Below, one piece after another: positions 58,655 through 64,000 of a stretch of 64,000 bases of DNA. Where the stretch lies: assembly GCF_006345805.1 (NCBI RefSeq), contig NW_021833032.1:107516-171515 (forward strand). Direction: 5' to 3'. The DNA comes from Octopus sinensis. Its lineage: Eukaryota. The notes under the pieces are model-generated. The model worked only from the letters and a program-made list of their open reading frames with translations, was not told the DNA's origin and ran no database searches. Each line of letters begins with the position of its first letter. Position 1 is the stretch's first letter. The position numbers and the translations under genes are program-made.

Positions 58655-58905
58655 CGATTTAACATACCGTTTGTCTTCAAATAATCATCATACACACAGT
58701 CGTAGTTATTACTTACATACTAAGAAGGTTTTTTAGCTATATTTCATTGAATTATTATTATTTATTTTGGGATTATTTCAGAAATGTATGGAAATCAATG
58801 GCTTCAAAGATTTTGGTAAACTTGTGCGTTTCTTTGGCTATCACTAATTTGATCTTTCTTGTTGGGATGCAACCGTATGCCTCAAAAATAACAGCTGCTT
58901 GTAAG
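1018..58905 (+). CDS. Multi-exon adhesion GPCR gene (partial: LRRCT - Ly6/uPAR three-finger - SEA-like - HormR - GAIN/GPS - TM1-TM2); start and TM3-7 outside window
   Basis: 14 hand-assembled exons with AG/GT boundaries and matching phases at every junction (2|1|0|1|2|1|2|1|2|0|0|0|0|2|0). Diagnostic GPS motif CVFWD...WSTEGC...[13 protein letters not shown] is followed by TM1 [18 protein letters not shown]. Linkage of the 5' exons (1018-33316) to the GAIN exons rests on phase compatibility and domain order only. Confidence 0.85.
1540..1905 (+). mobile_element. tRNA-derived SINE (family 1), diverged
   Basis: Collinear similarity to 58156-58558 (gagtggctgtgtggtaag...gaaactgaaagaagccc...gaataagtact...gactgaaacaagtaaaagaata). 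Confidence 0.8.
1948..2090. repeat. (TA)n microsatellite (one of many; others at ~2617-2693, 11020-11410, 12335-12400, 12820-12890, 23665-23740, 48255-48430, 58590-58650)
   Basis: Direct inspection. Confidence 0.95.
2132..2216 (-). ncRNA. Hammerhead-like motif with U4C core change and extended stem II
   Basis: Minus strand CTTTC-CCGAAGA-GAAGATT...AATTTTT-GAAA-C(ATAT)G-TA|GAAAG. 5-bp stem I, palindromic ACATATGT stem III, core CCGA instead of CUGA. Confidence 0.5.
2872..2915 (-). ncRNA. Minimal type I hammerhead ribozyme (A-), one stem I mismatch
   Basis: Reverse complement of A+ except that the 3' strand of stem I reads ATGG instead of GTGG. Confidence 0.65.
2985..3028 (+). ncRNA. Minimal type I hammerhead ribozyme (A+)
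   Basis: CCAC-CTGACGA-ATGTC(ATTTGAA)GACAT-GAAA-C(AATT)G-TA|GTGG. Intact core, stem I CCAC/GTGG, 5-bp stem II, GUA cleavage triplet with predicted cut after 3024. Confidence 0.85.
3680..5605. repeat. Compound (CAYA/CA)n microsatellite, ~1.9 kb
   Basis: Almost pure ACAT/ACAC/AC units. Source of the HTY/CVY ORFs. Confidence 0.97.
6842..6884 (-). ncRNA. Minimal type I hammerhead ribozyme (C-)
   Basis: Minus strand CCAC-CTGAAGA-TTGTC(GATCAA)GACAA-GAAA-C(AATT)G-TA|GTGG. Confidence 0.85.
10804..10846 (+). ncRNA. Minimal type I hammerhead ribozyme (C+)
   Basis: CCAC-CTGAAGA-TTGTC(GATCAA)GACAA-GAAA-C(AATT)G-TA|GTGG, predicted cut after 10842. Confidence 0.85.
12575..12617 (-). ncRNA. Minimal type I hammerhead ribozyme (B-)
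   Basis: Minus strand CCAC-CTGACGA-ATGTC(ATTGAA)GACAT-GAAA-C(GATT)G-TA|GTGG. Confidence 0.85.
12683..12725 (+). ncRNA. Minimal type I hammerhead ribozyme (B+)
   Basis: CCAC-CTGACGA-ATGTC(ATTGAA)GACAT-GAAA-C(GATT)G-TA|GTGG, predicted cut after 12721. Confidence 0.85.
12895..13330 (-). mobile_element. CR1-type LINE 3' fragment interrupted by a microsatellite
   Basis: [40 protein letters not shown] matches the ORF2 C-terminus seen at 31206-31400. Confidence 0.8.
13727..13818 (+). CDS. aGPCR exon: N-terminal half of Ly6/uPAR (three-finger) domain
   Basis: tttgtattgtatag|...|GTAAGC, phase 1 to 0. Translation [30 protein letters not shown] contains the LxCxxC start of LU domains. Confidence 0.75.
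13880..15420 (-). mobile_element. Highly decayed non-LTR retrotransposon remnant (possibly I-group with RNase H)
   Basis: Only blurred motifs ([23 protein letters not shown]) with many stops. GC content is higher than the flanks. Confidence 0.3.
16624..16807 (+). CDS. aGPCR exon: C-terminal half of Ly6/uPAR (three-finger) domain
   Basis: ttgcaacag|...|GTAAGC, phase 0 to 1. Translation [61 protein letters not shown] ends in the CCxxxxCN LU signature. Confidence 0.8.
17690..18262 (-). mobile_element. CR1-type LINE 3' fragment
   Basis: Minus strand reads ...QRRREQYII... and aligns by eye with the 12895-13130 fragment. Confidence 0.6.
18719..18812 (+). CDS. aGPCR exon: first part of SEA-like domain, containing in-frame TAA at 18796-18798
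   Basis: ttttctatcctcccatag|...|GTGAGT. The 94-nt length links phase 1 (16807) to phase 2 (33168). Translation [30 protein letters not shown]. The SEA-like call is a pattern impression only. Confidence 0.55.
19160..20620. mobile_element. Second, AT-rich Penelope-like element remnant with short terminal inverted repeat
   Basis: ~19165-19270 is a diverged inverted copy of ~20465-20575. Contains the 19302-19405 hammerhead. A decayed plus-strand coding-like stretch near 19980-20160 ([40 protein letters not shown]) resembles a PLE ORF N-terminus by impression only. Confidence 0.45.
19302..19405 (-). ncRNA. Type I hammerhead with long stem II insertion
   Basis: Minus strand TAAC-CTGATGA-T-TGGCTATATTTA...TAAATATAGCCA-C-GAAA-C(ACGC)G-TC|GTTA. 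12-bp stem II helix, but a U.C mismatch at the first stem II pair. Confidence 0.6.
21450..21800 (-). mobile_element. Gypsy-type LTR retrotransposon integrase remnant
   Basis: [22 protein letters not shown]...[26 protein letters not shown] matches the YHPxSNGxxER...YRxTP...SPAELxxGR integrase signature. Confidence 0.85.
22195..22320 (+). mobile_element. LTR-retrotransposon reverse transcriptase fragment
   Basis: (L)DD then, frameshifted, [24 protein letters not shown], typical of the RT region after YxDD. Confidence 0.55.
22329..22495 (+). mobile_element. tRNA-derived SINE (family 1), 3'-truncated
   Basis: aggcgcaggagtggctgtgtggtaag...ccgggttcagtcccactg head shared with 58156. Confidence 0.8.
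22600..23490 (+). mobile_element. 3' fragment of a HERO/R2-group LINE (restriction-like endonuclease)
   Basis: LKHILS...YKWGH (decayed CCHC finger region), then MDII...[17 protein letters not shown]...[14 protein letters not shown] matching the PD-E-K REL pattern. Confidence 0.75.
23880..25680 (-). mobile_element. R4/Dong-like LINE, disrupted (RT plus REL endonuclease)
   Basis: [21 protein letters not shown] (RT), [23 protein letters not shown]...ANRPDII...LLID...KLTKYKD (REL). Many stops and frameshifts. Sequence to ~26270 may belong to its 5' part. Confidence 0.85.
27385..27930. repeat. Imperfect (TA)n tract with (GATA)n, directly 5' of the CR1 LINE
   Basis: Direct inspection. Confidence 0.95.
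27931..31780 (+). mobile_element. Near full-length CR1-group LINE with ORF1 (CCCH finger) and ORF2 (APE endonuclease plus RT), inactivated
   Basis: ORF1 [25 protein letters not shown] motifs ..GDFNLP.. and LSDHN. RT motifs [46 protein letters not shown], frameshifted YADD. (AATC)n tail at ~31759-31780. Confidence 0.92.
31896..32545. mobile_element. MITE / non-autonomous DNA transposon with ~190-bp diverged TIRs
   Basis: 31896-~32091 is the imperfect reverse complement of ~32352-32545. TA dinucleotides at both ends. No coding capacity. Confidence 0.7.
33168..33316 (+). CDS. aGPCR exon: second part of SEA-like domain
   Basis: atcctatttcag|...|GTAAGT, only one open frame (phase 2 to 1): [49 protein letters not shown]. 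Confidence 0.7.
34480..34745 (+). mobile_element. Degenerate tRNA-derived SINE
   Basis: tRNA-like head (gagttcgattc) followed by gttgtgttcttgagcaaagca, related to the body of 42543. Confidence 0.45.
35075..35948 (+). mobile_element. Mariner transposase pseudogene, 5'-truncated
   Basis: [21 protein letters not shown] and PSDYHLF motifs across broken frames. Mariner-like right TIR ...aactttcttgccaaactaata. Confidence 0.9.
37870..38240 (-). mobile_element. Tc1/mariner-superfamily transposase N-terminal remnant
   Basis: [25 protein letters not shown] then frameshifted [13 protein letters not shown], a helix-turn-helix region pattern. Confidence 0.5.
38749..39155. repeat. Compound (CTA)n/(CTG)n trinucleotide repeat
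   Basis: Direct inspection. Includes an internal ~100-bp duplication marked by ctgatgttgtt at ~38930 and ~39032. Confidence 0.95.
39286..39400 (+). CDS. aGPCR exon: hormone-receptor motif (HormR), part 1
   Basis: ttctttttcag|...|GTTCGT, phase 1 to 2: [38 protein letters not shown] (C...WP.T..G....PC...A.R.C pattern). Confidence 0.85.
42334..42503 (+). CDS. aGPCR exon: HormR part 2 and start of GAIN subdomain A
   Basis: ttatctttcag|...|GTGAGT, phase 2 to 1: [56 protein letters not shown] (G.W..PD.S.C motif). Confidence 0.85.
42543..42865 (+). mobile_element. tRNA-derived SINE (family 2a)
   Basis: A box TGGCTTAGTGG and B box AGTTCGATTCC. The 3' ~180 bp is shared with 52395-52782. Confidence 0.85.
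44168..44390 (+). CDS. aGPCR exon: GAIN subdomain A helices
   Basis: ttttcgttgcag|...|GTAAAA, phase 1 to 2: [73 protein letters not shown]. Confidence 0.85.
44420..44745. repeat. Compound (CAG)/(TAG)/(GAA)/(GAT) trinucleotide repeats
   Basis: Direct inspection. Confidence 0.9.
44870..45041 (+). CDS. aGPCR exon: GAIN domain
   Basis: ttttctcacag|...|GTACAG, phase 2 to 0: [57 protein letters not shown]. Confidence 0.8.
45935..46320 (-). mobile_element. Probable RTE-type LINE/SINE 3' tail
   Basis: (CAT)n run followed by ttaacgtctgtattccat...catgggttgaacggtt...gatagatgcattt, resembling RTE-type 3' ends from memory. No coding motif found. Confidence 0.3.
46757..47356 (+). mobile_element. SINE (family 3) with ~182-bp body tandemly triplicated
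   Basis: One head (ggcggcgagctggcagaagcgttagcac) followed by three units beginning atttcrtctgccg at ~46810, ~46991 and ~47173. Confidence 0.85.
47742..47894 (+). CDS. aGPCR exon: GAIN subdomain B
   Basis: long polypyrimidine tract then cag|...|GTATGG, phase 0 to 0: [51 protein letters not shown] (ISLP.SLF motif). Confidence 0.85.
49148..49276 (+). CDS. aGPCR exon: GAIN subdomain B
   Basis: ctctttacag|...|GTAAAT, phase 0 to 0: [43 protein letters not shown] (NS.II.A......I.NL.EPV.I.F motif). Confidence 0.9.
49740..50230 (-). mobile_element. Short LTR/pLTR-like element with TATA-like box and two CTGAnGA...GAAAC motifs
   Basis: Minus-strand TATTTAAA near 50091-50098, palindrome GTCACGTGAC near 50137-50146, and structured GC-rich segment 49835-49995. 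Confidence 0.4.
50327..50476 (+). CDS. aGPCR exon: GPS motif with autoproteolysis site and start of tethered-agonist (Stachel) sequence
   Basis: tgtttttcag|...|GTTGGT, phase 0 to 0: [50 protein letters not shown]. Consensus H-L|T cleavage falls between codons at 50453-50455 and 50456-50458. Confidence 0.95.
51897..52015 (+). CDS. aGPCR exon: TM1
   Basis: tttctgttgcag|...|GTAAGA, phase 0 to 2: [39 protein letters not shown]. Confidence 0.92.
52395..52782 (+). mobile_element. tRNA-derived SINE (family 2b)
   Basis: A box TGGCCCAGTGG and B box TTTCGATTCC. Different body but the same 3' tail as 42543. Confidence 0.85.
53020..56812. repeat. Tandem array of ~30 copies of a 126-bp unit (intronic minisatellite/satellite)
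   Basis: The GAAAATAC landmark recurs at 53040, 53166, 53291, 53416, 53542, 53668 ... 56703. Copies are near-identical. Confidence 0.97.
58156..58558 (+). mobile_element. tRNA-derived SINE (family 1), full length
   Basis: A-box-like TGGCTGTGTGGT and B-box-like GGTTCAGTCT in the head. Matches copies at 1540 and 22329. Confidence 0.85.
58782..58905 (+). CDS. aGPCR exon: ICL1, TM2, ECL1 up to conserved TM3-top Cys
   Basis: attatttcag|...|GTAAGT, phase 2 to 0: [41 protein letters not shown] (I..NLC.SL motif of family-B/adhesion TM2). Confidence 0.92.
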
Positions 58906-59334
58906 GTAAGTGACAACACATTTTACCAAGTTGTATGTATTTTGTTTTATATGAAACTTTACAAACAACCTTAAATTGATTTCATCCAGTAACAGCCTAG
59001 GCAGCAGCTCTATTCAAATGCGTCCAACGTCATTAAATACTACATTTAATGTTGGCGTTTTTCGTCCTTGTATTCCTTCATTTGTCCAATGCTTTATTTT
59101 CAGATGATGACAACAATTTTTATGGTCAGAAATAACAAATAATGAGTAATCAAATTTTAATTCGTCAAACTATATTTTGTATAACATTTTCCGTAATTCC
59201 CATCGCCTTTATATTAAACGTGTAGCCCACTTCACTTGTCTATGCTAGCTTTCTGTTCAATTTGAATTTTATTATATCTGATTGAGCCCTTACTATCTGA
59301 TTGAACAATTTTTAGGGGGAAGGGTTTAATTGAT

Positions 59335-59560
59335 ACCTATTTCTTTATTACCCACAAGGGGCTAAACTTAGAGGGGACAAACAAGGACAGACACAGGTAT
59401 TAAGTCGATTACATCGACCCCAGTGCGGAACTGGTACTTAATTTATCGACCCCGAAAGGATGAAAGGCAAAGTCAACCTCGGCGGAATTTGAACTCACAA
59501 CGTAACGGCAGACGAAATACCGATAAGCATTTCGCCCGGCGTGCTAACGTTTCTGCCAGA
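59335..59560 (-). mobile_element. SINE (family 3)
   Basis: Reverse complement of the 46757 unit (acaaacaaggacagac...aagtcgattacatcgaccccag...ggcggaatttgaactc). Confidence 0.8.
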
Positions 59561-59705
59561 TACCATCGACCCCAATACTTGACTAGTGCATGCATTTATC
59601 GATCTAAAGAGATGCAAGGCAAAATTGACTCATCACTCTAGAGTTCAGCTGTACCTCTCATCATTGGGGTTGAATTGCCAGACTTGTCATGAAACAGGAA
59701 AGAAA

Positions 59706-59856
59706 TATTATTGTTGTTGTTGTTGTTTCTTCTTCTTCTTCTTCTTCTTCTTCTTCTTCTTCTTCTTCTTCTTCTTCTTCTTCTTCTTCTTCTTTCTTCT
59801 TCTTCTTCTTCTTCCTATTATTATTATTATTAATATTATTATTATTATTATTATTA

Positions 59857-59896
<40 letters not shown>

Positions 59897-60000
59897 TTGT
59901 TTTTATTATTATTATTGTTATTATTATTATTATTGTTGTTGTTATTATTATTATTGTTGTTGTTGTTGTGTTGTTGTTGTTGTTATTATTATTATTATTT
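59706..60000. repeat. Compound (TTG)/(TTC)/(TTA) trinucleotide repeats
   Basis: Direct inspection. Confidence 0.95.
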
Positions 60001-60267
60001 AAGACGTCGCACAGTATCAAATATCGTGATGTTGTTGGTTGAAGCTATTGTGTCTACCGGGAATTTGTACTGCCTCTCAAGCCACACAACGACCTTAGAC
60101 TCACAACACTTTACACAATATGCGTGCAGTTCAAAGAAATGCCGATTTCTGCAATATACCTTGAATGTAGGGTATTTCAAAAGCGTCCACGTTGGGCGGT
60201 ATTGGGCGTTGGGCGATATTGAACAGAAGGCTCCGATGTCAACAAAGACAACGATACATAATGACAT

Positions 60268-63200
60268 TTATTATTATTATCCTTTATGATTTCCTCTCAT
60301 TATAACTTGATTTCAGCTGCCATAGTACCGGGCATCCTATGGAGGCAAAGAGTAGCAAGGGCACTCTTTATTCCATTTTATTCCATTTTAAATGGAGAGT
60401 GCTTTCCGTAGTATATGGGCTGCATCCATCAAGGTTATCCTTTGTGGCCCTACGGAGACTGGAGTTACCAGAGAGTTGCTTAATATACTTCTCAGCTCTC
60501 TTCTTTATCAATCCCAATGCACCAATTACTACCGGACTGGTTTATCTTGTACTAAGCTTCCGCATTTGCAGATCTTTATAGTGAGAAAGCTATTCGTATT
60601 CATTCCTTTCTTGGGACATTTTGATTTAGTGTGACGGATATATCTATTAACAGACAGGTTCCACTGTTATAGGCCTTGATCACAATGTCTGGTCGATTGG
60701 AGTCAATTTTTGTGTTTGTTTGTATTGGAAAGTTCAAAAGGATGGTGACGCCCTTGCCATTTACTACTTCCTCTGTATGGTGCCTGTACCACATATCACG
60801 GGATTTAATTGTGTAGTATTTACAAGCATTCCGGTTCATGTACTGTTGTAGTCTGTCATGTCTTATGAGGTACACAATTTCAGCGAGGACTGGGCAGTCG
60901 GAAACAACGTGATTAATTGTCTTTGTGAAATTTCCGCAAAATCTGCACAAGGGGTCTTTAAGGACGTTTGCATGGTTAGTTTCTGGTAAGTAAACTCTGA
61001 TCTTGCGCTACAATAACAAAACCCTTTGTTTTCGCTTTCAGACCTGCCCCTTGCAGCCACCATTGGTGTGTAAGATTGTGATCAATATCTGGCTTTGACA
61101 GGCGGTTAGGATATTTTCTATGCAGCAGTTTAATTTTCCAGTTGTTTTCGATATTATTCATGCAATACTTCTTTGCTTTTTGTTTCATATTTATTGCATC
61201 AATGATACGTTTGGCACTATTTGGATGTCTTTGGTCTTTCTGATTGTTAACTTGTAGGCCAAGAGACAATTTAAAATTTCAGACTAAGCCTCATGACTGA
61301 AGCTTGCTTGGAAGCTTCCTGCTTCACTGAAGTTCGTAAAAGTACATCTTTTGTTGAATTCAGATACGTTTCAATGACCATTATTGCTGATTTGAAGGAT
61401 TGTTCAAGCTGTATCTTCAACCTATTTTTCTTGTGAGATAAATCCTGTCTACATCTGATTTTGGATGGTGCATTCGGTACCATGTTAAGATTTTACGGAC
61501 GTTTCCATTAATATTCTGCATGTCAGTGAGACTCCACTTAATAATACCAGCTATATGTGGTTACTGGTATGGCCAAAGAATTTATCACATAAATTCTGTT
61601 AGCAGCATTTAAATCTGAGTTTAGAACCTGTCTAGCCCTTCGGTAGCATTCCATGCGGATATTCTCTTTCATTTAAGAGTGCTGGATACCCTCACCTTTA
61701 TTTGTTCCCAGATATGAATATACTTCGGATTGGTCCAGGTTTCGAGTAGCTGTCGTAGTATCAAGTTCTATGTTTTCTGCCATTATCAACTTTCCTGCCT
61801 TGAAAGTAGCCTTTGCCCATTAATCTAGTCCGAATTCCATAGCTTTATCACAGCTGAATTCTTTGATAATATTCAGGAGCTCTTCTAATTCTTTGTCGTT
61901 TTTTGCAAATAGTTTTAGATCATCCAAAAAGAGTAGATGATTAATTTTTTGGCCAAACATCGTATACCCTCTCTTAGCATTATTCAGTTGCGTGGATAAA
62001 GGAAACAGAGCGAGACAGAATAGTAATGGTGATAATGGACCACATTGAAAGATACCACAATCAATATTGATGTCTGGTGAGATGGTATATCCTTGTGTAT
62101 AGTATAGAATGAGGGAATCTTATCTATATCTGGGCTTTCCATTTCTTTGACTTGGCGAACGCTGCTTTCACTTCTTCAGTTGTTATATCCCACAATTCTT
62201 GAGTTGGGCATTGGCCTCTTCTATGTCCCTCATCCAATGTGCATTCTGATTAAACTCCTTTGGATTATTCCAAATGTTTTTCCTAAAATCTTCAGTTTGA
62301 TGTTGGGAAGGGGGTGTTTTCTCAATAATGGTATTTTCCCCCCAGCTCCCTGTAGAATTTTTTGCGTTCTCCTTGAATAGAACGTTTTGTCTATGGAATG
62401 CTTCGTGCCTTTTGTATCTTGCCAGTCGCTTGGTTTTTAATTGTAGTTTTCGTTTGAGGATTTCAATTTGTATATCATTTCTTTTCATATTTAGATCATG
62501 TTTAGCAATTATTCTTATCAGTTTGTTGTGTTTATTAGATTTCCCTTTGCTAGCTTCAAGTAGAAAACATATATCTGCTTTTTGTTGGATTATTTTCCGG
62601 TTTATCCTTTCCATCCATGCACGCTGTTTGTGTACATTGCACTTTTTTGTCTATCTCTAATATTAATACCACATTTCTGAGTTGCAACATAAACAGCTGA
62701 GGAAACGAGCAGACCAATCCCTCCGAGGGCATTTTCTCTACTATTCTCAAGATGCATCAGCTTTCCAAGTAATTGATGAACTTCTTTGATTATTTTCCTG
62801 TTCTTATTAGTATTAATAATTTTAGGAATTGGGGCTCTTTCGTGGAAATGTTGTTCTATTAGATATTGTTCTAGAATTCCATCTGCCAGTTCATTGCTGA
62901 CGGGATCATTTATAGTGTTTTTAGTACCAACTGATGGTCCAGCTTCATAGGGTTTTGTGTACCCAGTTTAATGGTTTGTGTTAGTGATTTCAGAGCTTTT
63001 TACCAGTGGATATAAGTGAGTGTGTGTTATACTGAGCTGAATTTTGACTGATCTGACTAACACTTTACTGTCAGTTAGTCTTTCATATTTTAAGATACGA
63101 CATCTCACAGCTCCTAGTTTATTACTCTCAATGTACAGCCTGCTATGCGGGGTTTACCTCCAGATATTGTAGGTCTCTTTTTGTGTGGTTGATGTTTCTA

Positions 63201-63600
63201 GGTTTAGTGTTGAATAATAATAATAAGCATGCATAACTTCGATATATTCCTCCTTAGTCCATTTCTGTCTTGTATTTTTATTTCCTTGACACAGGTCTGG
63301 TATTTGATTCAGAGCAAGAATATCTCTGGTTTTATTTGCTACAGGTTCTTGAGGAGGTTGGTCCAGATTTAAAGACTTTTCGAATTCAGTCAAGGAATCT
63401 TAGGTCACTGATGAACATGTTCTTCGAACGACACGGGTTCTAGGGGGTATTACCTTGGTTAGTTTCCAGGGCCGTGCTATAAGTGTACAAGGTTAACCAA
63501 TTTTATGGTTCCTTGGCATAATTTTCCGGGTGGTGGGATTTATTTTGAGAAGTTTTAAACTAGTTCGTGTCATGACCTGGAAGGTATCAAATGGCAAGCT
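60268..63600 (-). mobile_element. R4/Dong-like LINE, disrupted, with (TAA)n 3' end
   Basis: RT motifs LSPLLFCLALFPL and INHLLFLDDLKLF. CRFC...INHVVSDC...RHD zinc knuckle. SNRPDIVI...LLIDIS REL. The minus-strand 3' end terminates in ATAATAATAATAA at ~60268-60280. Confidence 0.9.
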
Positions 63601-63789
63601 TTCAGAATTCATATAACGTCGTAGAAAGAGGCAGATATTGAATTGACAGCCAGAGAGAGACAGGGACAGGGAGACAAAACCATCATGCAGCCTCCAACTG
63701 GAATTACCTCCAAGCTATTTTCAGTAGGATGGTAATAGCTTTGGCGGCGGTGGTGCTAGAAGTGGTAATGTGGTTGTACTTGTTCTTCT

Positions 63790-64000
63790 CTACTCTAGGC
63801 ACAAGGCCTGAAATTATGGGGGAGGGGGCCAGTCGATGAGATCAACACCAGTACGCGACGGGTACTTAATTTACTGACCCCAAAAGGATGAAAGTCAAAG
63901 TCGACCTCAGTGGAATTTAGACTCATGACGTCAAGACAGATGAAATACCTATTTCTTTACTACCCGCAAGGGGCTGAATACAGAGGACAAACTAGGTCAG
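63790..64000 (-). mobile_element. SINE (family 3), diverged, runs off window end
   Basis: ccccaaaaggatgaaagtcaaagtcgacctcagtggaatttagactc matches the family 3 reverse strand. Confidence 0.65.

Noticed and set aside
60020-60060. VMLLVEAIVS resembling the aGPCR TM3 motif WMLVEA
   Set aside because: No upstream LHYF-like residues, no suitable splice acceptor, and it runs directly out of a microsatellite. TM3 is probably beyond the window.

Overview
Eukaryotic, AT-rich, microsatellite-dense genomic DNA. It is most likely octopus/cephalopod, inferred from the SINE families and repeat landscape. Nearly all long ORFs in the supplied track are artefacts of simple repeats or transposon fragments. The window holds the middle of one large plus-strand, intron-rich adhesion GPCR gene. 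I assembled 14 GT-AG exons by hand (1018-58905), all with matching splice phases. They encode, in order: an LRR C-terminal cap, a 12-Cys Ly6/uPAR (three-finger) domain, a SEA-like domain, a hormone-receptor motif, a GAIN domain with an intact GPS site (HL|TSFALLM), then TM1 and TM2. The gene's start and TM3-7 lie outside the window. One ectodomain exon carries an in-frame TAA that a weak alternative donor 18 nt upstream would skip. The introns contain a family of fold-back, Penelope-like elements inserted in (TA)n tracts, each with mirror-image pairs of minimal type I hammerhead ribozymes. These show stem II covariation and self-complementary stem III, and further hammerhead variants occur nearby. 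Other intronic content: a near full-length CR1 LINE with a CCCH finger in ORF1, two R4/Dong-like LINEs, a HERO-like fragment, mariner and Gypsy remnants, a MITE, many SINEs and a 30-copy 126-bp tandem array.
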